A stretch of 64,000 bases of DNA from Eledone cirrhosa (taxonomy: Eukaryota), in contig OZ024740.1 in assembly GCA_964016885.1 (NCBI GenBank), forward strand, positions 262,818,001-262,882,000, given 5' to 3'. Below the pieces are notes generated by a model. That model was not told the origin of the DNA. It saw only the letters and a program-made list of their open reading frames with translations, and ran no database searches. This document shows positions 24,901-37,909 of the stretch, in pieces. Position numbers and translations under genes: made by a program. Each line of letters begins with the position of its first letter. The stretch's first letter is position 1.

Positions 24901-27775
24901 ATCTAGATATGATCTGGATGACCCTATGCGATTTGTCCAAGTTCACATTGGCACATTCGGGAAATCCAATCGGTACCTGTCAGACAGTTGAAAACGCCTG
25001 AGCAGGTTGGTGAGGCTCTTGCACCCTCCACCCCTAGTGGCTAATCCCACACAGTCCCACCGTGCATCTAAGATCCCGTTCCAGTCGGCCACTAACACTA
25101 AAGATCGGGAAGTTCCAAGAAAGGTCTCCAGATGCCGGAAGAAATCAGGCCGCCCTGCTCCTGTCGGGGCATAGACGGCCACTAGCCTGAAAGCTTGCCC
25201 GTCTCCGCTGGTCACGTCCAGTACCACCAACTTACCCTCTGGGTCCAGGAAGATGGCCCGTATGGCGAGATCCAAACCTCTCCGAAAAAACACAGCAAAT
25301 CCTCCCCCGATCCAGCACGGCTGGGAGATGCGTACACATCGTAGCCGCTGAAGATCGGTGCGAAGGCCCGTTCTTCAGAGATTCTGGTCTCGCTGATGGC
25401 CACTACATCTATGTTTAGTGACCTGAGGTCGTTGAGCAGGTGGCCCTGCTTCCATGACAACCCCAAGCCACGCGCATTTATGCTGCCTATTCTGAGTGAG
25501 GTCATGTTTAAAATAAAGTGGAAAAGATGGGAAAGACCACTTACCGTGCTTTTCGTAGTGGAAGGATGGTTTCTCCATCCCTCTGCACTTGATCGTCTGG
25601 TGAAGGGACAGTTGAATCGTCCCTTCGGCTGGTCGTCGGCTCTTCTATGAGTATGTCCGAATATACTCTTCGGTTGAGAGTCCCTTCTAGGTCTCTGAAA
25701 TCACCAACTGCGTTGGGGAATTTCGTTTTAATGTTTGTGAATTGTTTCTGTGCTATTTTTAGCAGTCTTATGTTCGTTGGCGTTTTGATTGATGCTGGTA
25801 TTATGTAGTCGTGCTGTGAAATGTCTGTGTGTTCAATTATGTAAGTCATTAGTTTCTTGTTGTGTGTATTTATTGCCGTGCATTTGTTTTTCTGGGGGTG
25901 GGGTGTGGTTCTGCTATTTTCTTGTCGTTGTTGCTGGGTGTGTGTGTTTTGTTGTTGTGTTTGCGATGTTGGTGCTTGTGTTGGTGGTGTTGAAGGTGTT
26001 GTTGTTGTTGGCGGTGGTGATGGTGGTGCTAGTGTGGGTGGTGATGGTGTTGGTGGTGTTGCTGCTGTGAGTCTCTTTACAGTAGCCTTTACCCATTGTT
26101 CATATCTTTCCTCCCTTTTCGAAGGCGACGATGCGCTGCTTCTGCGTTTGTGCCTTCTTACGACCTTTTGCCATCCCTCTCCCACCTCACACTCCATGTC
26201 TGTTTCTGTGAGGTCGGGGAGGGGTACCAGCTCCACTCTTTCACTTCTTGTTGTTGGTGATGTTTGCAGTGGAGTCTCTGTTGCAGCTGCATTTGGTATT
26301 ACTGTTGTTGTTGTTAATACTTCCGCTGCTGCTGCTGTTTTTGATTTCCGTGGCGTGGGTATGGGTGCCACGGATCTATCGTTCCTGGTTGCCGCTTGTC
26401 CTGTTGCTGGTAGCCGTTGAGCCGGTTTCGGAAGCAGGGGGTTTTCTCCTTTCTCAGGGTCTTCTCGTTGCAGAAGGCTCTGAGGTGAGTCTTCGATCCA
26501 CAGCGAAAGCATTTCGGGCTTTTGCCCTCAACACTTATGGGCAGTTGAGTGCCGTTATCGAAGTCTATCACATCCGGGATGGCTTCGATGCACTCCTGGT
26601 TGGTTTGAATTAACATCTCAATGGAGGTGCCGACCCAATCTTACTTTTTTCTGTACTTACAGTACAGTTGTTTTGTCCTCGATTCCGACGAGGACAGACG
26701 CGGCCAGCCAAGAAGGGGCCATCCCGGGGGGGACATGGGTCAGTTTGACCCTCACAATGTTTGGCCCGCAGTAGGAGGGCACCAACACCATTTCCTCGCT
26801 CCTTAGGGTCACTAATTATTGAGCCTTTGCCTCCTGGGGTGTGGCAAATAGTACGTCTACGGTGGCATATTTCTTGCCTCGGGTGATGTGCGTTTTCCGC
26901 TGCCACACAGACCCTAAGGCTTTTTGTATTTGAGCCTCTGTGGCTCTTTCAACCCTACGGGATTTTATGTTTACTGTACGGTACGTGACCGTACAGTGCT
27001 GTTGGGTTTCGAAAAATGTTTCGGCTGCCTTGCAGATTGCTCGGTATCCGGTTTTCGTCACCATCTTCTTCGCTTCCTCTAATTCCTCATTTGTTATGAG
27101 GATGGTTTCCAGGCTCTTTGCGATACCTGCAAACGAGATTGGTTTTTCTTTACTGCTGTTGTTGTTGTTGTTGTTGCTGCTGCTGCTGTTGTTGCTGTTG
27201 CTGCTAATGCTATTGTTGTTTATACTGCTGCTGGTGCTGTTGCGGCTGCTACTGCTTGTCACTGTTGCTGCTGTTATTACGGCTGCTACTGCTATTATTC
27301 ATGACGTCAGACGAATGAAATGGGTGTTCGTATTTCCCGCACACCTTTTTCGTCGTTGTCGTCGTCGTCGTGGAGAAATCTTGCACGCATAGCACGTGAT
27401 TTTTCTTTTCTGGCGTCGCTTGCGAAAGAGAAGGGAGGGAGAGAGACACATTTAGAGTAGGGAGGGAGAGAGACAATCTTCTCTCTGCTGTAGTGACGAT
27501 TGAGGAAGAAGAAGACGGAATGAGTGGAAGTGACCTATGAAAATTCTTTTTCGTAGCCATGTTTTGTTTTTGTTTAAAATAAATATTGGGCACAAAACTT
27601 CAATAAGCGGTTATTTAACCCCGAAGGGCCAAATAACGGCGAGAAAGACCCCTCTCACGAGGAGGAGGGTGTTTTTGTCTACAAGTTGGTTAAAGTTTTA
27701 AACAATTTACAATTGTAATAGCGGTCAAAATTTACTATACCTTACAGAGCCGAGCCTCCGTCAACCATAGCATTC
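21932..27775 (-). mobile_element. Full-length Tx1-like LINE (ORF1 with CCHC knuckle; ORF2 APE-RT-Zn), frameshifted
   Basis: ORF1 CFRCGSKTHLRAFC; ORF2 start MTSLRIGSINARGL, AISET, VYAP, KSPGLDG, NFRPITLLN, AYADD, CPRC...HALFQC; AATAAA at the 3' end; (AAT)n on both sides. Confidence 0.95.
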
Positions 27776-27989
27776 AATAATAATAATAATAATAATAATA
27801 ATAATTGTTTCTATTTTAGGCACAAGGCCAGCAATTATCCACTACATTACTGGTACTTTATTTTATCGACCCCGTAAGGATGAAAGGCAAAGTTAACCTC
27901 GGCGGGATTTGAACTCAGATCATAAAGGGACGTAACTCTATGCTTCAAAGCATGGTGTCCGACGCTCTACTGATACTGCCAATCCACCA
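27776..27989 (-). mobile_element. tRNA-derived SINE with (AAT)n tail
   Basis: Same family as 3672. Confidence 0.92.
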
Positions 27990-28334
27990 GTAATAATAAT
28001 AATAATAATAATGGTGGTGCTTGTTTCTTTGTTAGCCACAAGGCCTTGCGCATACAATGTAGGAAGCATTACAAATGAAAGGGTTAAAATAAAGATCATA
28101 ATAAGAACAACAGTTAATTTCAGGTAGATATAAGACCATTATATTTTGATAAACAAGACGAACATGAATACTTGTGTTGTTTAACCGTTTAAGTGCATCC
28201 ACGTATATAAGTAGGATGTAATAGCTTCTAACAGAATTGAAACAGAAACGTGAAATATCTTTGCCGGAAGCTTATCTCTATTCTATCTTTCAACGATAGT
28301 TGAAATACTGATGGAAATTTTTGGCGTATATCAG

Positions 28335-28365
<31 letters not shown>

Positions 28366-28388
28366 GAATGTATATATAGTGTATTTTG

Positions 28389-28436
<48 letters not shown>

Positions 28437-28581
28437 GCATATATATATATATATGTGTGTGTGCGTGTGTGTGTGTGTGTTTGTTTGTGTGTGCGTGTGT
28501 TGTGCAAGGGTATGTGTGTGTATGTGTATGTTTATACACACACACATATATGTACTTAAATAAATATATATATGTGTGTGT

Positions 28582-28651
<70 letters not shown>

Positions 28652-30374
28652 CGAGTGTTGAATTGTGCGTGAGTGTGTCTTGCTTTTTTGTGTACCTGCG
28701 TTTGTCTCGTCAGTTGTGTTTTGTTGTTTTATTTGATATGAAGGAAGGAAAGTTATTTTCCAAAGATGTCGACACCGGATAATTGCCAGCAGATATAGGC
28801 GAATGTAACTGTTGCTAACGAAGTAATTAAGAGAGTAACACTTTTGCAGTTTCGATATTGCCATTCAGTAAACAGGAACTCTATAATGTTTGAACGAAGT
28901 GAGAAATCAATAGAAAGATGGCCGTAACTAAGTTGTAGATAGCATTGTAACGAGTGCTATTCACCTCCGTCATCACTCGCCTCAACATCTTCGCAAATGT
29001 TGTTTACTCATTTTTATAACCTAATGGTTGAGGGTTGGTTACGATCGAATACGCTTTTTATTCTCTCCCACCTACATAGATAGATATATGTTTGTGTCTG
29101 TGTTTTTTTATAACTATGAATGAAAATTTCTGCATATATCTGGTTTTATAATTTTATAAATTTTTACTAATAGAGAGAGAGTCGGTTTTTAACATGAATA
29201 CAAGACTCTCTCATTGGAATCTACACAACATCAACTAGGTAGATATGTCTGCATGTCTGCATGCATGTGTGTGTAGGTATGGATGTATGTATGTGTGGAT
29301 GTGTATGTTTTGAGTTATATATGTGCATGTAAATATGCTTTATATCTGTACATGTGTATATGCAGTTATTCGATGCAGAATGTTTGGAATCTTTTATTAT
29401 TTTTACTGTAATTTCTTAACTAGTCTTGTTCTTTCTCATTCTGTGAAGCCCAGATTCTCAAGATTTGTATTGGGGCAGTTATTAACATATCTCAGTGCTC
29501 CAATAATCACAGGTATAAATCTGAAAGTATAGTCAGGGTAGCGTATCTGCAGATTTCTCATTAGTTCTGCTTAGATATTCTCTTTTTCACTGATATTTAA
29601 TATTATATTGCAACTACTGGCCAGCTAATTTCCAGTACTATGCATGCTTTCTTTTCCCTATCCCATATCATTATATCTGGTCTGTTTTGTTTGCATTTTA
29701 TTGGGGCTTTGACTGGAACATTCCACCAGAGCACTTTCATATTATGTATGTATATGTCTTCCATATTGCTGTAACTGTTAATGCTTTTTTACGGATTACA
29801 TTGTACAGTGTTTTGGCCACTACATCATGCCTCATAGGTAAATAGTATCGTGATGACATCTTTGGACGGCTGCTTACATGGATGACATCTTCGATGTTAA
29901 TTCTGCAGAGTCTGCATTTGTTGTCACATCTAGGTGTTTTGCCTGCATCTCTATCTCTTTTGTGAACCAGGTATTTCGTGTTAATTTCCTGTTCTTGGTT
30001 TGCAAAAAGAATATCCTTCAAAGTGGGAGCCAATATAGTGATGTTTGTTCCAAGATAGACTAATTTGCTTATCTATATTACTCTCACATTGGAGCACCTG
30101 ACAACATATCAAAACCTTTGCTGATAAGCATGCAGCTTTTCATCCATGGATTTGCTGCTGTATTGCTGGGCAATTTCACTGCGTGTGAGCTTTTGGTTAT
30201 CATGCAGAAAAACTGGCTCAGTACATGGGCTCCTACATTTGGAGGTTCGTAAAGGTTGTTGAATGGATATGATGCGACATTCAAATGCTGTCTGGACTGA
30301 TGTTAGGTCTCTGCCTCCCTGCTTACATTTCAAAAAGAGGTGGTCTATGTCATTGTTGATATAGAAGTTTCCGC

Positions 30375-30722
30375 GCGTTGCGTCGCCACTGCCGCGGCGG
30401 GCTTGGGTATAGCCGTAGCTACCCTCGTTTTGCCAACGGCGACGCGATATCTATGAAAGAAAGCGGCGTCGTCCCTCCCGAAGGGACACTGGCATCAAGT
30501 CCGGGTGTCCCTGCTTGCGCCGCTGCCTTTTATCGGGTCAGCGTCGTCCAAGTTTGCCCCGGCATACCTAGCCGTTAGGTTACGCGACGGCGGCACTTTT
30601 CGCGTCGTCGTCGTCTCCTAACTCTCTTCCGTTGACCGCATTCCGCCGCCATGTCGAACCGATTTCTTTTTTCGTCGCAGTAACGGCGACAGCAGCTGTT
30701 GAATCGAAAGCGGAGGGCGCCG
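30375..30722. other. CpG-rich structured segment of unknown origin, joined to a SINE 5' end
   Basis: Abrupt GC-rich block with hairpins gcgtcgcc/ggcgacgc, agcggcg/cgccgct, agggacac/gtgtccct and acgcga/tcgcgt. Confidence 0.6.
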
Positions 30723-30912
30723 CCGGTGGATTGGCAGTATCGGTAGAGGGTCTGACGCTATGCTTTGCAGCAAAGAGTTACGTCCCTTTATGGTTTGAGT
30801 TCAAATCCCGCCGAGGTTAACTTTGCCTTTCATCCTTACGGGGTCGATAAAATAAAGTTCCAGTAATGTATTGGGTAATTGCTGGCCTTGTGCCAAACGT
30901 AGAAACAATTAT
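30723..30912 (+). mobile_element. tRNA-derived SINE nested in the R4-like element
   Basis: A and B boxes plus family body. Confidence 0.9.
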
Positions 30913-31957
30913 TTAGGATTTTTCCAGTTCTAACATCAATTGCTCTGATTTCGTCTATCGTCCACTCGAATAATCCAAATATTGGTGTCAGGACAGGCAC
31001 AGCAAAAACATTGTGAACCACTGTTTTATTGTGCACAGAAAGTTTCCGATGACCATATTTTACATAACCAGGTGTAATATTCCCTGGTTACGCGTTCCTT
31101 ATTACAAATAACATTATAGGATATATTCTCATCTATCCCCAAGTATCTGTAGCAGTCCTCGTGAGATATAGATGAAACAGTTAGGCCATTGATAAAAATG
31201 TTGGTAGATTGGGTTGTAGTTTTTCCCCGTTCTACAATCATATATGAACATTTATCTTGGCCATAATCCATTCCTCTATCCTTTGAGAATGTTGTAACCA
31301 GGTCAAGATTTTTCTTCATCCCATTTATGCTCGTGGCATAGAGTTTCAGGTCATCCACAGAGAAATTATGAATTAGCTTCGTATTTCTGTCCTCCTGTGA
31401 GCCAATGATGTATCCTTCACATTTTGTGAGCAGAATGGATAAGGGGTTTAATGACAGGATAAATAGTAGCACAGAGGGACTCTCTCCTTGAAATAAACCC
31501 CTTTGATATTCTATTTTATCAGTGGAAATAGAGTCCCCCTTCTCTGTTTTTAACTTTAGTTTTGTTAATTAGGAGTTCTTTAACACACTCGAAGCACTCT
31601 TCTTTTCAGCTGCTTGTTCATCTGTGATGATTTTATTATTTTCACAGTGATCTTGGAGGAATAGGTTCAGGCTGGTTGTATACATCATATACATCAGGTT
31701 CTGGCATGCAATGGGACGGTAGTTTTGTTGCCAAGTATTATTTGTGCTGTCAACCATTCTTGTATATGTGTATTTCCCATGGAATTTTGTTGGTAGAAGT
31801 CGATAAGATACATCTGTTAGAATATCAGTTTTTTGTACCAGTTCTTTCCTGGTGTATTTCTTACCTTGGAGTTTTTCTGTCACAGTCTCAAGGGTATCCT
31901 CATTTATTTCGTATGTTTTTTTTGTAGTGTAGGAGCAATAGTGTTATGTATGTATGT

Positions 31958-34900
31958 TCTTCTGGTTTTATAATTTTACAAAGTTTTACCAATAGAGAGA
32001 GAGTTGGTTTCTAATATAGACATAAGACTCTCTCATTGGAATGTACACAACATCAACTAGGTAGGTATGTATATGGGTGTAAATATGGATGTTATTGTAT
32101 GTGTGGATGTGGATGTTTTGAGTTGTATGTGTGCATGTGTATATGCTTTGCATCTGTATATGTGTATATGCAGTTATAAGATGGAAAATCTTTGGAATGT
32201 CTTACATATTTTTACTGTTCCATTAATGGATTGTACTTGTAATTTCCTAACTAGTTGTGTTCTTTCTGTTCCCGTGAAGCCTAGCTTCTCAAGATTTGTA
32301 TTGAGGCAGTTACTAACATATCCCAGTGCCCCAATAATCACAGGCATAAATCTGAAGGTGTAATCAGGGTGGAGTACCTGCAGATTTCTCATCAATTCTG
32401 CATAAATGTTCTCCTTTTCACTAATCTTTGATATTATATTGGCATCTGCTGGGCAGCTAATTTCAACTACTGTGCACACTTTCTTCTCCCTGTCCCATAT
32501 CATAATACCTGGTCTGTTATGCCTGCATTTTATTGGGGTTTTTACTGGAACATTCCACCAGTACTTTTTCATATTATGTACACGGATGTCTTCCACATTG
32601 CTGTAGCTTTTAATGTGTTTTCTTATCGGGGCTATCTTTTTTACGAACTGCATTGTACAGTGTGTTAGCCACTACATCATGCTTCATAGGTAGATAGTAC
32701 CGCGATGACATCTTTGGACAGCTGCTGATGACATGGGTGATATCCTCGATGTTAGTTCTGCAGAGTCTGCACTTGTTATCACATCTAGGTGTTTTGCCTG
32801 CATCCCTATCTCTTTTGTGAATCAGGTATTTCGTGCTAATCTCCTGTTCTTGGATTGCAAAAGCGTATCCTTCAAAGTGGGAGCCAATATAGCGGTTGTT
32901 GGTCCAATATAGACTACTTTCCTTATCTATATTACTCTCACTGTGGAGCTTCCTGGCAACATATCCATGCATGATGTTTTGCTGATAAGCATGCAGTTCT
33001 TCATCCATGGATTCACTGCGATACTGCTGAGCGACTTCTCTGGGTGTGAGTTTTTGATTATCACACAGGGAATATCTCTCGTGGAGTTCCTTCCCAACTC
33101 TCATGATCTTATCTGTTTCATGCAGATAGACTTGCTCGAGAGACGGGCTCCTACGCTTCGAGGTTCGTAGATGTTGTCGGATAGATATGATGCGACATTC
33201 AAATGCTGTCTGGACTGATGTTAGGCCTCTTCCTCCCTGCATACGTTTCAAGTAAAGGCGGTCTATGTCACTGTTGATGTGGACGTTTGCGGTGTTGTTC
33301 AGTATTTTTCGAGTTCCAACATCAACTGCTCGGATTTCGTCTATCGTCCAATTTTGTATTGCAAAAGTTGGTGTGAGGACAGGCACAGCAAACACATTGT
33401 GAGCCACTGTTTTGTTTTGCGCAGAGAGTTCCGATGACCAGATCTTACTTAATCGGGTGTAGTATTCCTTGGTTACTCGTTCTTTATTACAGATACCATT
33501 ATAGGATATGTTCTCATCTATCCCCAGGTATCTGTAGCAGTCCTCATAAGATATCGGTGAAACAGTTAGGCCATTGATGACAATGTTGCTAGATTGGGTT
33601 GTTGTTTTCCCCCGCTTTACAGTCATGTATGAGCATTTATCTTGGCCAAACTCCATTCATATATCCTTTGAGAACGTTGTAACCAGGTCAAGATTTTTCT
33701 TCATCCCATCCATGTTCTTGGCATATAGTTTCAGATCGTCCACGAAGAAATTATGGGTTAGGTTCGTATTTCTGTCCTCCTATGAGCCAATGATGTATCC
33801 CTCCAATTTCTTGAGCAGAAAGGACAAGGGGTTTAATGACAAGATGAATAATATCACAGAGAGACTGTCCCCCTGATATATACCCCTGCAATATTTTATA
33901 TTATCGGTGAAAATAGAGTACTCCCTCTCTGTCTTTAACCTTAGGATAGTAGCCCAAGAAGAAGACAGCCTCTCTATGGCTCTGACAATAATGTCTGGGA
34001 CTTTAGCAGGTTGTAGGGCCTCTATCATCCAAGAGTGGGGAACAGAATCAAAAGCTTTCCTGTTGTCCAGCCAGACTGTAGTCATATTTCTCCTGAGTTG
34101 TCGCACCTCCTACATCGCAGTTTTGTTGATTAGGAGTTGTTCAGCACATCGCCAAACCCCTTTCTTTCCAGCTGCTTGTTCATCTATAATGATGTTATTT
34201 TCACAGTGATCTTGGAGGAAAAGTTCAGGCAGGCTGTATACATCTTATACATCAGATTCTGGCATGCAATGGGTCGGTAGTTTTATGCCACGTGGGTGTT
34301 CTTGGTGACCAGTAATGTTTGTGCCAATGTCAACCATTCTGGTATAAGTGTATATCCCTTAATAACTTGTTGGTAGAGGTCAGTATGATACCTCCGATAG
34401 AATATCAGTTTTTTGTACCAGTATCCGACAATCATGTCTCTTCCTGGTGTTTTATTATCTTGGAGTTTTCCTATCACAGTCTCAACGGTGCCTTCACTTA
34501 TTTCGTATGTTTTTGTTGTAGAGTAGGAGCAATAGTTCTTTTGGATTTCTCTTAGCCACACTGCATCTTGGTTGAAGTTCTTCTTTTCACCCCATATTTT
34601 GCTCCAAAAGGAATCTATGTCTTTCTGGGATGGGGCCTCAGTGACACTTATTATTTTGCCCTTCATATCTCTATAGACTGATGTTTGGTTTCGTCTGAAT
34701 CTTTTATTAAGCACTTTTCTCTCATCTACCTTCTTCAGGTATCGGCGTTTTTCGCTAACAGCTCTCAATTCTTGTTTGAGGGTGATCAGCGTATATTGAA
34801 GAGTTCTGGTTCTACTGTTACCAAACATTGTCTCTATTTTATTTTTCACTCTTTGTTGGTGAGGAGTGAGGTTTTTTTGTGTTTGTTTGCATGTAAGCAG

Positions 34901-36047
34901 CATTGTCACATGTCCTATGTTTTTTCGTAGGTCAGCAATCTTTTTTTCTATTTTAGTTATATATGATGGTATTTTTGGTGGTGTTTTGTTCTTGTTAATA
35001 TCTCTGCTATCACCAAGATAATGCTTCACTGTCATTGCTAAGGGATATAAACAAGCGTTGATCTGCCAAAATGTTGGGGTTTTTATCCGTTGGAAATATT
35101 CATCCCCTATTTCGTCAATAACACGTAATATTTCATTATTTGGTTTTTTATTCAACATTGTCGTTTTAACACGTTCAGCAAGAGAGATATTTATACAGGA
35201 GTTAATTTCTCTCTAGAAGATTTCGTTGAGGGACATTTTCAATTGTTTATACTTTTGATTATCATTATCGATAGTATTTTTCACAATAGTCGAGGTAGAC
35301 TCGGATGGTACACGTGATGTAAAATTTCTTCGATTATTATTATTATCGATAGTGTTTTCCCGAGAATTCGTGGTAGACTTACATGGTACAGGTGGTGTCA
35401 AGTTTCTTACAGGCATAGTTGTTTCAAGGCGCTGTTCGACCTGGCTGCTAGGAAGTCTAGTAGCATGGCCACCTGTAGCACGTGTTGTTGATGACATGTT
35501 TGTTGTGGGGGACTTACAATTAATAATATTTATCTTATTTTTACGTTCAACAAACTTCGCTTGTTGGCGTAATTGTTTCGCTGTGAAATAATTTAGCTCT
35601 GGGTGCTTTTCGTCCCAGTGTAGCTTCATTCTATTCATATAGCCAATGGAGGGATTGTTTTTTGCCATTTTATAACAATTAAATAAATCATTATTAAGTT
35701 CGCAACTCCAAGAGAAATGCGATTTATAATTTCGATTTCTTTTGTAGCTACAACTGAATAAAGTTTGATTACCTTCCTTGTTGTTTATCTTCGATACTTA
35801 CTTAATTTTTTGATTGATGTTTTGTTCAGCCATGCAGTCTGTAGCAAATCCTTGAAAAGTGAATTATGTATTTAGTCGGATATCTCAACGAATTTGAATA
35901 AAAGGTGTCTTCAGAAGGGATAGTTAGAAGAATAACCAGTTATTCAACCTGACTGTAGTCGAGGCATTACTGTCGGAGATAGTATTCATCTTAAATTTAA
36001 TAAATAGTCTCCCACGCCAAAATATGCGACTGACCGCGTTGACTGTC
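31958..36047 (-). mobile_element. Apparently full-length R4/Dong-clade element, frameshifted
   Basis: N-terminal GYMNRMKLHW; RT KAFDSVPH, GIYQGDSLS, FVDD; CRLC...HVISSC; RLE-type HNRPG...VVEISCP; (TATG)n on both sides. Confidence 0.92.
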
Positions 36048-36114
36048 TTATGTATGTATGTATGTATGTATGTATGTATGTATGTATGTATGTATGTATG
36101 TATGTATGTATGTA

Positions 36115-36672
36115 TGTCTCATGGTCGGGTCGTTGGCGACTAAACTGGCAACCCCACCAAGGTTTCTTGGTGAGGAGGGTGACTTTGGACATCCTGCAGG
36201 ACTAAAAACAAAACCTGTCAAAGGGCAAAGGAGCTCTTAAGAGTCAATGGCCATCCAAAATCACCGGGAGAGACAACACCTTAGCCTTTGTCAAGGCAGA
36301 ATTCTAGGAGAAGGAAAACTCTGATATCACACCTGCAACCCTGATGGTATCCAATGATGTTGACTTGTTCTTCTTTTTGGTAAATATCATCTTGGTTAAG
36401 AGAGTGGGACTGGCTTTGTGCAGTGCCTTTGCTCACTATAAAAGCTTCACGGCACAGGCATTGCTTTATATCTGGAGATCTCTCTGCACTTGTCGTCACA
36501 TGGTACCATGGGCCCAGCACTATGTGTCAATAATTGTCACAAGTGTAGTGTTTGTACCAGAGTTTTCAAGTCGCTGGCTGGACTAAAAAGTCAGTCGTTC
36601 AGCGCATCGGTAGGGGTTCTCTTACATGGATATAAAGTAGTGGCCGTACTCGAAAACGAGTTGGCAGCCACC
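36115..36672 (+). mobile_element. Non-autonomous RTE-derived element (5' UTR joined to 3' end), copy 1
   Basis: RTE-type 5' UTR motif ctaggagaaggaaaactctga; C-terminal zinc-finger remnant CSVCTRVFKSLAGLKS; 3' stem gtggc...gccac; (ATGT)n tail. Confidence 0.7.
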
Positions 36673-36748
36673 ATGTATGTATGTATGTATGTATGTATGT
36701 ATGTATGTATGTATGTATGTATGTATGTATGTATGTAGGTATGTATGT

Positions 36749-37001
36749 AAAGCTTCACGGCACAGGCATTGCTTTATATCTGGAGATCTCTCTGCGCTTG
36801 TCGTCGCATGGTGCCATTGGCCCAGCGCTGTGTGTCAATAATTGTCACAAGTGTAGTGTTTGTACCAGAGTTTTCAAGTCGTTGGCTGGACTAAAAAGTC
36901 ACACTCGTTCGGCGGATCGGTGGGGTTTCTCCTACATGTATATAAAGTAGTGGCCGTACATGTATATAAAGTAGTGGCTCGAAAACGAGTTGTCAGCCAC
37001 C
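36749..37001 (+). mobile_element. 5'-truncated copy 2 of the RTE-derived element
   Basis: Matches 36441..36672; encodes CSVCTRVFKSLAGLKSH. Confidence 0.75.
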
Positions 37002-37020
37002 AAGTATGTATGTATGTAAG

Positions 37021-37596
37021 TGACAGGTTTTGTTTTTAGTCCTTCAGGATATCGAAAGTCACCCTCCTCACCAAGAAACCTTGGTGCGGTTGCCACTTTA
37101 GTAACCAACGACCCGACCATGAGACAGGTTGTACTGGGATACCTGTCAAAGGGCAAAGGAGCTCTTAATAGTCAATCTCCATCCAAAATTACCGGGAGAG
37201 ATAACCCCTTAGCCTTTGTCAAGGCAGAATTCTAGGAGAAGGAAAACTCTGATATAACACATGCAACTCTGATGGTATCCAATGATGTTGACTTGTTCTT
37301 CTTTTTGGTAAATATCATCTTGGTTAAGAGAGTGGGACTGGCTTTGTGCAGTGCCTTTGTTCACTATAAAAGTTTCACGGCACAGGCATTGCTTTATATC
37401 TGGAGATCTCTCTGTCATCACATGGTACCATGGGCCCAGCACTATGTGTCAATAATTGTCACAAGTGTAGTGTTTATACCAGAGTTTTCAAGTCGGTGGC
37501 TGGACTAAAACATCACACTCGTTCAGCGCATCGGTAGCGGTTCTCCTACATGGATATAAAGTAGTGGCCGTACTCGAAAACGAGTTGGCAGCCACC
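37021..37596 (+). mobile_element. Copy 3 of the RTE-derived element, with a 5' inversion
   Basis: 37021..37126 is the reverse complement of 36115..36220; 37141..37596 is direct. Confidence 0.8.
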
Positions 37597-37624
37597 ATGT
37601 ATGTATGTATGTTAGTGTTTATGA

Positions 37625-37660
<36 letters not shown>

Positions 37661-37798
37661 ATATATATCACAGAAAAAAAGAGAATCAGTGTTGCGACGA
37701 ATGGAATTTATTGGACATGTGATATCATACTCTGCTCTATGAGCTCACCGAGTGCTCATACGGCCTACCTCATACGGACGCTTTAAGCATCCAACACC

Positions 37799-37909
<111 letters not shown>

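Larger units (their letters stand above)
29138..31945 (-). mobile_element. Decayed 5'-truncated R4/Dong-like RT-RLE element
   Basis: Homologous to 31958..36047 (YRPIAC, VDDLKLY, YRYLGI, CRLCR, RHD); interrupted at 30375..30910. Confidence 0.9.

Noticed and set aside
30555-30630. TAACCTAAC or CCTAAC as a telomerase template
   Set aside because: It does not match a TTAGGG template, and no pseudoknot or H/ACA domain is evident.
35870-36047. HDV-like ribozyme at the R4-like 5' end (tgcctcga loop)
   Set aside because: I could not build P1 and P2 consistently.
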